The notes beneath the pieces are model-generated. The model made no database searches. It was not told the DNA's origin and saw only the letters and a program-made list of their open reading frames with translations. Shown here piece by piece: positions 13,030 to 27,400 of a stretch of DNA of 64,000 bases; the stretch's first letter is position 1, and each line of letters opens with the position of its first letter. Source of the stretch: the human T2T-CHM13v2.0 reference genome, Homo sapiens; NCBI RefSeq assembly GCF_009914755.1, contig NC_060936.1; one strand, 5' to 3'. Both the position numbers and the translations under genes were made by a program.

Positions 13030-14035
13030 CTGCTTGAGAGAAGCAGAGGGAACAGTAAAGGGGATTTTGCCTTGGAACTTGGATACCAGCTCAACCACAC
13101 CAAAATAAAGTACCAGGCAGAGTCCTGAATCTCCCATTTCAGACCCTAGCTACTGGATGACATTTCTAGACCCACCCTGGGTCAGAAAGGAACATATTGC
13201 CTTGAAGGGAAGGACCCACATCTGGTAGGCTTCAACACCTGCTGACTAAAGAGCCATGGGCCTTGAATAAACATCCGTGGTAGCCAGGCAGGAGTCACCA
13301 CAGGCCTTGGGTGAGATCCAGTACTGTGCTGGCTTCAGGTGTGACCAAGCACATTGCCAGCTGTGTTGGCCATGGGGAGAGAGTTCTTCTACTTGAGAAA
13401 AGGAGCAAGAAGAGTAAAAAGGACTTTGTCTTGCAACTTGGATACCATCTGAGCCACAGTAAAATAAAGCATCACACAGACTCCTAAAATCCCTGATTGC
13501 AGGCCTTAGCTCCTGGATGGCATTTCTAGACCTGCCCTGGGCCAGAAAGGAACCTGTTATTATGAAAGGAGAGATGCAGGATTCATCGCCTGCTGATCAA
13601 AGACTGTTTCAGCCTTGAATAAACATCAGTTGTAGCCACACAACAGTCACCACTGGCCTGGGTTGGTAGTGGCTGTGGGGAAAGACTTCTGCTTGAGGTA
13701 AGGAGAGAGAAGAGTAAAAAAGACTTTGTCTTGCAACTTGGGTACCAGCTCAACCACAGTAAATTAAATCACCAAGTAGTTTCCTAAAATTCCTGATTAC
13801 AGCTACTAGTTCCTAGATGGCATTTCTAGATGTACTCCAGTCCAGAAAGGAAACCAATAACCTGAAAGGAAAGACATGGGCCTGGCTAGATTCACCATCT
13901 GCTGACTAAAGAACTCTTAAGCATTGAATAACCATCAGCAGTAGCTACGTAATAGTTGTTACAGGCCTTGGGCAAGAACCAGTACTGTGCTGGCATTGGG
14001 TGTGACCAGAACATTCCCAGTGGTGGTAGTCATAG
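13030..14035 (+). repeat. Three tandem ~300-360 bp units in the L1MA 5' UTR
   Basis: Unit starts ct(g/a)cttgag at 13030, 13389 and 13689 share ...gtaaa..ga(c/t)tttg.cttg.aacttgg.tacca... and catttctaga. Confidence 0.85.
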
Positions 14036-17000
14036 GAGTGCTTGTGCCACTCTTTTCCCAACTCCAGGCAGCTCAGCATGGAGAAAGAGATGCTGTTTAT
14101 TTGGGGGAAAGTAAGGGAAGGGAACAAGAGTCTCTGATAGACAATTGGGGAATTATCCTAGATTTCACCCGAGACTACAAAGGCAGCACACCTATGAGTC
14201 TGCAAGAGTCACTCAGTTATGGAGCTTGGGGTGTCACCTAATGCAGATACAGCTACAGTTCCCAAAGACTTAGATTACAACACTCAATTCCCTTTGAATA
14301 CTTGGAAAGTCTTCTCAAGAAAGACGGGTACACAGAAGCCTTGACTGCAAAGATTAAAATAAATACCTAACTCTTTTATGACAAGACACTGATGCACATC
14401 CACAAGCTCGAGACCACTCAGGAAAATATGACCTCACCAAATGAGCTAAATAAGGTACCAGTGACCAATCCTGGAGTGACAGAGATATGTGACTTTTCAC
14501 ACAGAATATTTAAAATAGCTGCTTTGAGGAAGATCAGAAAAAATTAACAGAGAAGGAATTCAGAATCCTGTCAGATGGATTTAACAACGAGATTGAAATA
14601 ATTTTAAAACTCAAGCAGAAATTTTGAAGCTAAAACATTTGATTGACAAAATGAAAAATGTATTAGAGTCTCTAGACAGCAGAAATGATCAAGCAGAAAG
14701 AATAGTGAGCTCGAAGATAGGATATTTGAAAATACACAGTCAGAGGAGATAAAATAAAAAAGAATTACAAAATGAAGCATGCCTACAAGATCTAGAAAAC
14801 AGCCTCAAAAGGACAAATCTAAGAGTTATTGGCCTTAACTAGGAGATAGAGACAAAGATTTGGTTAGAAAGTTTATTCAAAGCAATAAATAACAAAACTG
14901 TAAAAACTTAGAGAACAATATCTATATTTAAGTACAAGAAAGTTATGACACAACCAGCATATTTGACCCAAATAAGACTACCTCAAGATGTTTAATAATC
15001 AAACTCCCAAAGTTCAAAATAAACAAAGTTTCATACAAGTAGAAAGAGGAAAGAAACAACACATAAAGAATCTCCAATGCATCCAGCAGCAGACTTCTCA
15101 GCGGAAACTTTATCAGAAGAGAGTGGCATGACATATTTAAAGTGTTGAAAAAAAAACCTTTTATCATAGGATATTATACCCATTAAAAATATCCTTCAAA
15201 CATAAAGAAAGACTTTCCCAGGCATATAAAAGCTGATGAATTTTGTCAACATCAGATCTGTCCTAAAAGAAATTCTAAAGAAACTTCTTCAATCATAAAG
15301 AAAAGGACTTTAATGAGCAATAAGAAATTATCTCAAGGTAAAAAACCCACTGGTAATAGTAAGAACACAGAATATTATAACACTGTAATTGTGGTGTGTA
15401 AACTACTTGCATCTTGAGTAGAAAGACTAAAAAATAAACCTAACAAAAATAGTGACAAAAATTTTCAGGACATAGACATATAATCAGATAGAAATAGAAA
15501 CAACAAAAAGTTAAAAAGCAGGAAAGATGAGCTTAAAGTGGAGTTTTTATTGGTTTTCTTTGCTTGTTTGTTAGTTTCTTTATTTGTTTTTGGAATCAGA
15601 GTTTAGCTATCAGTTTAAAATAATGAATTATATGATGTTATTTGCAGTCCTCATCGTAAGCTGAAATAAAAAACCTATAATGAATTCACACACACAAAAA
15701 AGCAAGAAACTAAAACATCCCACCAGAGAATATTTCTTTCACAAAAGGGAAGACAGGAAGAAAGAAAGAAAGAAATGAAGGAAGGAAAGAAAGAAGAAAA
15801 GGCCATGCAAAAAGCAGAAAACAGATAACAAAATTGCAATAGTGAGTTTTTACTTATCAATAATAACGTTGAATGTAAATGGACTAAACTCTCCAATCAA
15901 AATACATAGGGTGGCTGACTGGGTTAAACAATGAAACACAAGACCCAACTATCTGTTGCCTACAAGAACCATACTTCACCTATAAAGACAAAAATACACT
16001 GAAAATAAGAAATGGAAAAAGATTTTCTGTGGTAATAGAAACCAAAAAAGAACAAGAGAAGCTATAATTTCGTAAAATGAAATAGATTTGAAGACAAAAA
16101 CCATAAGAAAAGACAAAAAGCATTATTGTGTAAGGATAAAGGGGTCAATTCATCAAGACTATATAAGAATTGTAAATATATATGCACTCAACACTGGAGC
16201 ACTCAGATATATAAGGCAAGTATTATTAAAGCTAAAAGAGAGACCCCAAAGCTATAATAGCTGGAGACTTCAATACCCCATTTTCAGCATTGGACAGACC
16301 GTCTAGAGATAAAATCAACAAAGAAACATCAAACTTAAACTGCACTATAGACCAAATGGAAAAAACAGATATTTACAGGACATTTTATTCAATGACACAG
16401 CACAACACACACTTTTCTCCTCAGCACAAGGATGGTTCCTAATAATAGACTTAGGACACAAAACAAATCTTAAAAACTTAAAAAATAAAATCATTTCAAA
16501 TATCTTCTGTGATCACAATGGAATAAAACTAGAAATCAAAAACAAGAGGAACTTTGGAAACTATACAACACATGGAAATCAAATCATATGCTCCAAAATG
16601 ACCAGTAGGTCAGTAAAGAAATTTTTAAAAATTAAAAATTTATTTAATCAAACAAAAATGGAAACAACATTTCAAAACTCATGGGATAGAGCAATATTAA
16701 GAGGAAAGTTCATAGCAATAATTGCCTACATTGAAAAAGTAGGAAACTTTAAGTAAACAACTTAATATCACATCTTAAAGAAGTAGAAAAGCAAGAGCAA
16801 ACCAAACCCAAAGTTAGTAGAATGAAAAAAATAAAGATCAGAGCAGAAATAAATTAAATTGAAACAAGAAATACAAAAGGTCAATAAAATCAAAAGTTTT
16901 CTTAAAAGATAAGCAAAGTTGACAAGCCTTTAGTCAGACCAAAAAAAGAGAGAGAAGATTCAAATAAATAAAATCAGAGAGGAAAAAGGATACATTAAAA

Positions 17001-17911
17001 TTGATACAGCAGAAATTTGAAGGATCATTAGAGATTGTTATGAGCAACTATATGGCCATAAACTGGAAAAGCTAATCAGAAATGGATGAATTTCTAGACA
17101 CATGCAACCTACCAGATTGAACTATAAAGAAACTGAAAGCCTAAATAGACCAATACAAGTAACAAGATTGAATGAGATTGAAGCCATAATAAAAATTCTC
17201 TCAGCAAAGACAAGCCTGATACCTGATGGCTTTACTTCTGAATTTTGCAAAAAAATTAAAGAAGAATCAATACCAATTCTATTCAAACTATTCTGAAAAA
17301 TAGAGGGAGTACTTCTAAACTCATTCTATCAGGCCAGTATTACCCTGATGCCAAAACCAGACAAAGACACATTCAAAAAGAAAACTACAGGCCAATATCT
17401 CTGATAAACATTAATGAAAAAATTCTTCAACAAAATATTAGCAAACTGAATTCAACTGTACATTAAAGTCATTCGTCATGATCAAGTGGGACTCAGTGCA
17501 GGGATGCAAGGATGGTTTAACATACGCAAATCAGTGAATGTGATACAATGTATCAACAGAATGAAGTACATAAACCATATAATCACTTCAATTGATGCTG
17601 AAAAAGCATTTGATAAAATTCAACATCCCTTCATGATAAAAATCCTCAAAAACTTGGGTATAGAAGGCACACACCCCAACATATTATGCCATACCATATA
17701 TGGCAGACACACATTTAGTATCAAACTGAATGAGGAAAAACTGAAAACTGAAAAACTGAAAGACTTTCCTCTAAAATCTAGAACACGATAAGAATGTCCA
17801 CTTATACCACTGTTATCCAACATAGTATGAGAAGTCCTAGCTAGAGCAATTAGGCAAGAGAAATAAATAAAAGGCCCATAAATTGGAAAGGAAGAAGTTA
17901 AATTTTCCTTG

Positions 17912-17912
17912 A

Positions 17913-17951
<39 letters not shown>

Positions 17952-18114
17952 TACACACACACATATATATACATATATACACACATATATACATATATAC
18001 ACACATATATACACACATATATATACACACATATATACACACATATATATACACACATATATATACACACACACATACACACATATATATACACACATAT
18101 ATACATATAAAAAA
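17912..18114. repeat. (TA)n/(CA)n compound microsatellite within L1MA ORF2
   Basis: Visible; source of the CV/YI-repeat ORFs. Confidence 0.95.
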
Positions 18115-18203
18115 CCTTATATTTGAAAAAAACTAAACTCCACCAAAAAACTATTAGAACCAATAAATTTAGTCAAGTTGCAGAATACAAAATCAACATA
18201 TAA

Positions 18204-18604
<401 letters not shown>

Positions 18605-20489
18605 TAGCTACAAATAAAATAAAACACCTAGGAATGAACTTAAGCAAAGAAGTGAATTATCTCTACAATGAAAACTATAAAATATTGATGTAAAGAATTG
18701 AAAAAGACATTAAAGGAAAGACAGTCCATGTTCATGGATTGGAAGAATCAATATTGTTAAACTGTTCATACTACCCAAAGCAATCTACAGTCAACACAAT
18801 CCTTATCAAGATACTAATGTCATTCTTCAGGAAAAAATAATTCTTCTTATAGAAAAAATAATTCTAAAATTTATATGGAACCTCAAAAGATCCAGCATAC
18901 CCAAAAACACCCTGGGCAAAATGACCAAAACTCGAGGAATCACATTATCTGACTGCAAATTATACAACACAAAATGGCATGGTACTGGCATAACATCAGA
19001 CACGTAGACCAATGGAACAGAAGAGCCAGCCCAGAAAGAAATCCACACAGCTACAGTGAACTTATTTTGACCAAAGCTGCCAAGAACATGCATTGGGGAA
19101 AGGACAGTCTTGTCAATAAGTAGTAATGGGAGAACTGTATATTCATATGCAGAAGAATGAAACTACATCCCTATCTCTTGTAATACACAAAAATCAAATC
19201 AAAATGAATTAAAGGCTGAAATCTAAGACCTCAACTCATGAGACTACTACAAAAAAAAAACTGGGAAAAGTCTCCAGGACATTGGTCTGGTTAAGCATTT
19301 CTTGAGTAATATCCCACAAGCACAGGAAACCAAATCAAAAATGAACAAGTGAGATAACATCAAGTTAAAAACCTTCTGCACAGCAAAGAAAAACAATCAA
19401 CAAGTGAAATGACAACCCATAGAATGGGAGAAAATTTTTACAAAGTACCCATGTGACAAGGGATTAATTACCAGAGTATGTAAGGAGGTCAAACAGCTCA
19501 GTAGGATAAAATTTAATAACCGGATTAAAAATGAGTAAAAGATTTGAGTAAACATTTCTCAAAAGAAGACAGACAAATGTAAAACATGCATATAAAAAAT
19601 ACTCAACATCATTGATCATTAGAGAACCGAAAATCAAAACTACAATAAGGTATCATTTCACTCCAGTTGAAATGGCTTTTACCTAAAAGACAAGCAATCA
19701 CAAATGTTGGCAAGGATGTGTAGAAAGAAAACCTTCATACATTTTTGGTAGGAAGGTAAATTAGTACAGCCACCATGCAGAACAGTATGGAGGTTTCTCA
19801 GAAAACTAAAAATAGGATTACCATATCATCCAGCAATTTCACTGCTAGGTAGGTACCCAAAAGAAAGGAAATAAGTATATCAAACAGATATCTGCACTCC
19901 CATGTTTATTGTAGCATTATTATCAATAGCCAATATTTGAAACAGATGAATGAGTAAAGAAAATATGGTACATATACACAATGGAGTACTGTTTAGCCAG
20001 TAAAAAGAATGAGATCTTGTCATTTGCAACAACATGGATGGAACTGGAGGACGTTATGTTAAGTGAAACAAGCCAGGAATAGAAAGACAAACTTCACATG
20101 TTCTTACTCATCCATGGGAGCTAAACATTAAAATAATTGAACTTATGGAAGAAGAGAATACAATGATGCTTATCAGAGGTTGGAAGGGCAGTGGTGGGTG
20201 TGATGGTTAATGGGTACAAAAATATGGTTAGATAGAATGAATAAGAGCCAATATTTGACAGCACAACAGAGTGATGACAGTCTTTAAAATTTATTGTACA
20301 TTTAAAAATAACCAGAAAAGTATAACTAAAATGTTTGTAACAAAAAGAAAGAATAAATGCTAGAGATGATAAATATCCCATTTACTCTTATGTGATTATT
20401 ACACATTGGTGCCTTATCAAAATATTGTGTACCCCATAAATATACATAAACACTATGTCCCCATAAATTTTTTTAAAAATAGGGCAAAC

Positions 20490-21180
20490 TATTTAGAACA
20501 GAACAAATGCCATCTTTAAAGCACTGAAAGAAAAAAATGATTATCAACCTAGAATTCTCTATATTATATAGACATACTTAATATGTGAAGGAAAAATGGA
20601 AAATTTTTAGATTAAAAAAATGTTAAGCAATCTTATCATCAATAGAACTATACAGGAAAGGTTAGAGAAATTTAGACTGAAGGAAAAATGATACCAGAGA
20701 GAAAGTTACATCTACAGAAACCAATAAAAAGCAGCACAAATAGAAAATATGTGGTTAAATATAAAATGAATTTTTCTTCTTTCTTAACAAAGAAACCTCT
20801 TAAATAAAAATAATATGTTGTGGCTTTTATAAGATATGTAGAAATAAAATGTGTGACAAAATTAGCTCAAAATGTGGGAACAGTGTAAATGGAAGAATAC
20901 CATTTTAGTTTCTTACATTATACAAGAAGTACATAATAATTCTTGGTTCACTGTTATAAGACACATACTATAAATTCCTAGGTTAACTACTAACATAATA
21001 AACAGTTACAAATAAATGTTAATAAATGAAATAAAATATATTTGTTTAAGCTCAGTTAATACAAAAGAACTTAAACAGGAGAAAAACAAAACAAAACAGC
21101 CAGTCTAACAAGTAACTCATATGGGATAAATGAAAAGTAAATAGCAATTTTTTATCTTTAAACCTAACTATAGAAATAAG
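20490..21180 (+). mobile_element. Old L1ME-like ORF1-end/inter-ORF fragment
   Basis: catctttaaagcactgaaagaaaaaa...tcaacctagaattct, gactgaaggaaaaatgataccaga. Confidence 0.65.
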
Positions 21181-21518
21181 GCACAACTCTTTGTGACACC
21201 TGTATCTGAGATAAGGACTAGACTCAACCACAAAGAGTTTGTTCTAATCTCCTTACAAAAAGCCATTTGAAGTACAATGACATTAAAATTTATTCATAAT
21301 GCCTCTGATATCAGCCTGGTGATTGTCATTTTTACCAAAATACCACACTTCATCGCCTGGTGTCTGGTTTCTGAAAAGGTAAAATACCTGTCTACAAAAT
21401 GGATTCCTGAAGGTCGACTTCTAGGCTCCAATCCAGAATAAATAAATAAGAGAGATTTTATCAAACTATAGTTTCAGTTCCTTTCCAGTATTCTGAGGCT
21501 TATAAAAGATTTCTTATA

Positions 21519-21836
21519 GGCCAGGTGTGTGGTGGTTCACCCCTGTAATCCCAACACTTTGTGAGGCCGAGGTGGGTGGATTGCTTGATCCTAGAAGTTC
21601 AAGGTCAGCCTAGGTAACATGGTGAAACTGCATCTCTACAAAAAATACAATAATTAGCCAGGCATGGTGGCACATGTCTATTGTCTCAGCTACTCCAGAG
21701 GCTGAGGTGAGAGGATTACTTGAGCCCAGGAAATAGAGGCTGCAGTGAGCCGTGACCACACCACTACACTCCAACCTGGCTGGGCAACAGAGCGAGACCC
21801 TGTCTCAAAAAACAAACAAGCAAACAAAAACAACAA
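21519..21836 (+). mobile_element. AluJ
   Basis: Alu dimer with J-type ggattacttgagcccagg, gaggctgcagtgagccgtga; (CAAA)n tail. Confidence 0.93.
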
Positions 21837-23034
21837 AGTTTTTTAATACCAAGAGTTAAAAATATCTGGATATAAAAGTAAGCCTTTGGGCTATATAACA
21901 TAGATAGGCTAAACTCCACCACTGTCATGAATTTTCAGACTTTCTAAGACCCACCTCACATGTAAGCTTAGAACACTGGAGACAGTGGTGGTGTGTTCAA
22001 GTGGAAAAATGAAACAAGATGCTATGCAAGGAAAGGGCCAAATGCCTGGCTACATTCCTGGGATTCTTTTTGATATTTTCCTTTTGGAGTAGGTGATATC
22101 TCTTGCTGCACTGATAGGGACTTTGGCATATGTTTAAGGCCTCATCACTATTTTTGAATATACTGAAGCTAAGAAGCTGCTACCCCTGTAATGTGCAGTG
22201 ACTGGAACATAAAAATTACCATTGGGAAATCTCACTGTCTTAGAGAGTGGCCCAAGTTATTACATGCTTGATTTTTCGTTGTTGGTCCTTTTTTTCTTTG
22301 CTTTGATCCAATTTAAAAAATTATGTATTTCTGAACATGAAGAGTAAGACTTTTACTGAGGCCTGAGATTTCCAAATTCGCTTATTCTTGACTACTCCTG
22401 TGTTTCCTTTCCTCAGCCCTTGACTCTGATTCCTTGTCCTTCTAAGATTGTCATCTGCTCTTTTGGTCTAGTCCAATTTGGAAACCAATTAGGATTATAT
22501 TTTCTAACTTTCCTCCTGGTTTTTATATTTACATGATACCATGATACCAGGAAAATGATTTTCATCTTCTCTGAAATTTTTTTATTTTTCTTAGAAATCT
22601 AAGAGTGGTGTTGAATAATAATTTTAGGATTGGAAAGAACACAACTAAGTGGGAATACAGCTATTAAATAAAAATTTAAATGGAAATTTAAGTAGGAGCT
22701 CTTACAAGGAAAAAGGACTGGGTAGATTTGGTACCTACAATGAAATAGAATCTAGTTGAAAAGGCATGTCAGTGTTGGAACTCAAATCTCCAGGGAGTTT
22801 CTGATTATTATAAGCACATTTCCATAATAATTATTATATACAATTTGGGTAAAATAACATGTGAGGAGGCAGCGGGGTGAAAAATAAAATTTTCCTTGAA
22901 GTTTCTCTGTTTAGTTGTTTTGGTTTCAAAAGACTCAGGGGGAATTCTTAGATACAGACAAACTATCTTTGTGGAAAACAGAGGGCACAAATCAGTCTCC
23001 AACAGATTGTTTAGCAAGATGATTTTTCTCTGAC

Positions 23035-23130
23035 TGTGAAGAAAGAGAGGAGAGAAGAGAAGACAGCAGGAGGGAAGGGGAAAGAAAGGAAAGGAGGGGT
23101 GGAGGGACAGAGAGGGAAGGGAGGAAGACT
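23035..23130. repeat. GA-rich polypurine tract
   Basis: Almost pure A/G run. Confidence 0.85.
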
Positions 23131-24159
23131 GAGGTGTATCTGGGAGTTCTGCAAGTAATTGTTCTTGTTTCCTGCTGACCAGTTATAGTGGCATAGGAAC
23201 GGCAAGACCCAAGAGAGAGAGAATTGTGTAATATTTCAGGTCAGATGGGATTCTCAAGTCCAATATTTGGCATAAAGTAGCAATATAGTCATTTTCAAGT
23301 TTTGTTTACTACATAGAAACAGCAATAGAATCAGTGAAACTGAAGGAGTGTAGAAAAATAGATGGATATTTCGGCGACAGCAGCCTATGTGAAAGGCAAA
23401 CCAAGCACTAGATGCCTCCCGCCACTGAACTCTCACTCAAGCGTTTGTATGGGATTAAATACGAGGACTGTGGCAACACCATGTAAACTAACCACGGAGA
23501 TCGATGATGTTAAATGCATTGTCATGCTGGCTCATGAGGACTGGAGGCAGGTATTCAAAACAAACAAAAAAAAGGGAAATAAAATTATTTTAATAAAAGT
23601 AAAAACATTGTGTTACATCTTAGTTTGTGAATAGACATTTCTGTTAATGGCACTAAAAGTTAACAAGTGTTTTGTATATGGTGTTGTGCTAAGAACTTTG
23701 CACACAGTATCTGGTTTAATCTTCACAATAATTTTTTCCTATGAATTCCAGATCATTATTTTAAATTGTATCATCCACAAGGAAATTTCCAAAAATTGTA
23801 CCCAAACATTTTAACCTCCATGAGAAACCCAAGGCTTAGAAGCTTGGTTCTATCAGTCAGCCAAGTTGGTTTTTCTCTTTGTACACACTAATTGTTATTG
23901 TTATAACTATGTTATACCTCCCCCCTCAGCTGTATAGGCATGAACAAAAACTGAGTGGTTTCTTTCTGAGCAAGAAAAGCAGCATATAAAGCTGATGTAA
24001 TTCTTCAGGAAGAGAATTGCTTGCTAAGAAGGGTTAATATAGAAGAAAGACCTAGAACATATGGTGTTCACTGCATTAGTTCATGTTGTATCTCTTTGTT
24101 TCTTCAACCCAAATTGCTCTATGCATGAGAGTGAATGCTTAAGACTTTATGTTTTAAAA

Positions 24160-24420
24160 CATGCTCTTGGGGACACTATTTCTACAGAATGTTAATAGGC
24201 ATAACTAAAACGGTTTGTAGGTCAGCATAAGTGAAGGAAACTGAGTGTAACAAGGTTAAAATCTGTGTGTGCAAGAATGGAGAGGCGGCAGGTAAGTTCT
24301 TTTTTCAGAATTCACAAACCCTTTAATAACTGCAGAAACTCTCAGATGTTCTAATGAATATTTCAGTGTAAATCTCCTAGGATGGTTATAATTTGGAATG
24401 TTTCTTCAACTTAGTTAGGC
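24160..24420. mobile_element. hAT-Charlie-like DNA transposon fragment
   Basis: acactatttctacagaatgttaatagg...ggaaactgagtgtaacaaggttaaa...gtaaatctcctagga...gtttcttcaactta resembles a recalled non-autonomous Charlie-type consensus. Confidence 0.45.
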
Positions 24421-27400
24421 AGGGGTTTCAAAAATACCGAAAACATTTATTTGTTTACATATGTTTATGTGCATATGCATTTACATATGTATTATTTGAT
24501 TGATTTGCTAGGTATGCAACTTTTGTGATAAGATGTATATTATAAAACACTGGTCTATAAGAAAGATATTACTAACTAGCTTAAAATCTATGAATCAGTC
24601 TTCCAGTCCCCTATGGGGCCATTACTGGAGATGCTGAACCTTTTTACTTTGTCAGTTATCTTTGTTGTGGGCACAGGAAGACCATGCTGCAAGACCTGCT
24701 TCCTTGGGTAAGTGGTACTTACATCGCAACGTAATCTTATCTTTGAGTCTTTGGCAATGATTTGAACTTTTAACAATAATGCACAGGCAATCACTCTGCT
24801 GACTGATACCTGGAAATTTCACAGCTTGGTATTTTTACATTTTTGACTTTATTTAGGCAAGTCAGCTGATTATTCTTCAGCTTAATTTGCCCTTCTGTAA
24901 ATGAAAATCTGAGCTAGAATAACCTTAATATCTCTTTTAAATATATAATTCTCATATTTTACCCCAAAGTTTAGAAAGATTTTAAACTCTACCAGATCAA
25001 CAGCCTGTTTAGTAGCCTCAGGATGTTATTATCAACAAATTAGCCTCCATGGTAAATTTCTCCAAGTATTTCAGAAAAGCTTGTTTGTACTTCTTTGCAG
25101 CTAATTAAAAATATGAAAATATAATAAAGAGAACAGCTGGCATGGTGCCCAAATCCCCCCATTCAATTAACCCCAAATCCTTTTTATGAAGTAATACATG
25201 AAAAATTTAAAATGCCATTATTTTTAAAATACATACATTTTTTCTCTTGGTTTAGAAATGCAGAATTACTACTTCTCTTCCCCACTCCCTCCTCTTTCAA
25301 TCCTCATTCTCCAGAGAATGGCAGACGTCTTGCATTAGACCTGTGACCGTTGCCACATGATATTTTCCTGAGGTCATGTTTTTCTCTCTGTGCACATATT
25401 TACTAATTTATGAAAGCATATTTCTTGAAAAGAATATCTAAAAGGGAACATAGGGATGTGGATCAATAGGAACCATGACTTTAAAAAGAGACTAGTGGGA
25501 AACCACAGAAAATGTCAATATAAAAACTCTTATCAGCTCTATACAAAGCTGTTTAAGAAGTAAGCTTTGCCTTGGGGTGCTCTAAACCAGTTATTCATTA
25601 ACTGACAGGAAATGCCTGACCCAAGGGATATTATTATTTCGAACTTCATCTTTTTCTTTTCTTCCCAAAGTCTACAACATCTCTATTTCACTGAATGCTT
25701 CTAATAAAATCCTTTTTTTGGCAACTACACATTTTCTAGAAAATGATAAATTGTGTGCAGAAGGAAAAATAGAATTTGTTTTAAATGTTGTCTGAAGGTT
25801 ACAATCTTGTTAGAAGTCCATGAATTTGAAAAATGTTAACTATGCGATGTATGACAGCTCCTGCATTCTGCAGCAATTGACATCACGTTAGCTAGTGCCA
25901 TTCTCTGCAAATATTTTTGTTCAGAAATTCCAAATTTTTATTTACCTAACACATAATTATTGTTCCTAAAATATTACATAATTTTTGGTTCATAATTTTA
26001 TTAGTTTTCATTAAAGACCAATTGATGACTGAGAAGGTATAAACTGATGAAATGTAATACTCAATTTTATGCACGTTTTTCTTTTCTTTTGCTAAAAGTT
26101 GTGTCTTACATCTCCTGAATACCATCTATCATCTCTGTATTTAATATTTGGTTCACCAGAATACAAATGGTAGTATTTTGAAACTGGTCTCTAACCTGAA
26201 AATGTTTTAGGATCATCCAGTGTTTTGTATAAGAAAAGTCTAAAGCAATAGCTATAGCTGATAAAACTGTCCTGAATAACTCTGCTGTGCATTTAACTCC
26301 TGAGCTTTGTTCCCATAATTCCAACCTTGAGCAGTGGACTTTGGGATGAATTATTAATAAAAGAAAGTACATGTGCACTCTAAATTGTAATGGCAAATGA
26401 TCTTCAGTGTTTCTTGTTACATGGTAAAATGAAATCCAGGGTAAATAACTTTTAAGTAGTATGTGCTATATTTCACAACTGCTTAGGACATTATGTTGTC
26501 AGGAGAGTGGCAGGTATCTTATGTAACAATTAGTGCCTGCCTGTATAACACCTGTTATGTATGTGTAAGTGCTCTTCTGCTTTTCTCTTTGGAGTATTTT
26601 AAAGATTCCCTGGTACTGCTTGGGTGACATCAGGAAGGTTAGCAATGTTTAGATTCTGGCTAAACGGTAAACAAGAATACTTAGCAATATCCAAAAGGAA
26701 AAATAAGATACATTTAAGATTTTATGAAAAAATATCAACTGTCTTCATAGGTCTCATTTATGGGTTAGAAGAAGAAATGAGACATGGTCACAGTTTTTCC
26801 AAAGATTTCATTCGCAAATTATCAGTACTCTAAAAATAGTTCAAAACAGAGAAGCAAATTGTCCCTCATTGTGTACTTATTTGCTATTCTCAGGTTTTGG
26901 ACTAAGTAGACTGGCTTGTCTTCTGTGATTCATATATTTTTGAAAGATTTATCTCTAAAATGTTTATCAGTGTAAGTGAATTACAAGAAAATATTTTAAT
27001 ATCAATAATGAGGTCTAAGCACACCGAATACTTAACATTCCAATTAAGTTTATGTGAAGTAGTGAGGTAATAGGAGACCATATGACACCATGCCTTCTTT
27101 GGAGGCAGAAGGATGAAATATATAGTCAAGGGAATTTATAACAATACGAGAAATGTCATGAAGAAATAGGAGCATAGGAAAGAATAACTTGTAGCCATGT
27201 AGTAATTAGATGCAATGGATCTATGCAGACTAATATTTATTATATATGGAATAGAATGATCAACAGCAATCTAAGAGACTATATATAACCAACATTTGAA
27301 AATCTACAGCTGATTTAAATGTTTCATTAAAAAATTTCTATAAAGCTGTAGATTAACACAAACAGAAAAGGCAATTACTGCAATTACTGTTTGTATGTTT

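Noticed and set aside
15320-15815. ~500-bp spacer with GA-rich run between ORF1 and ORF2
   Set aside because: Long inter-ORF regions are normal for L1MA-age elements.
17620-18163. Four overlapping ORFs with CV/YI/HT repeats (also 483-689 and 63597-63803)
   Set aside because: Translations of dinucleotide microsatellites.
24285-24298. Strong donor cag|gtaagt
   Set aside because: Lies in an apparent DNA-transposon remnant with no convincing upstream acceptor.
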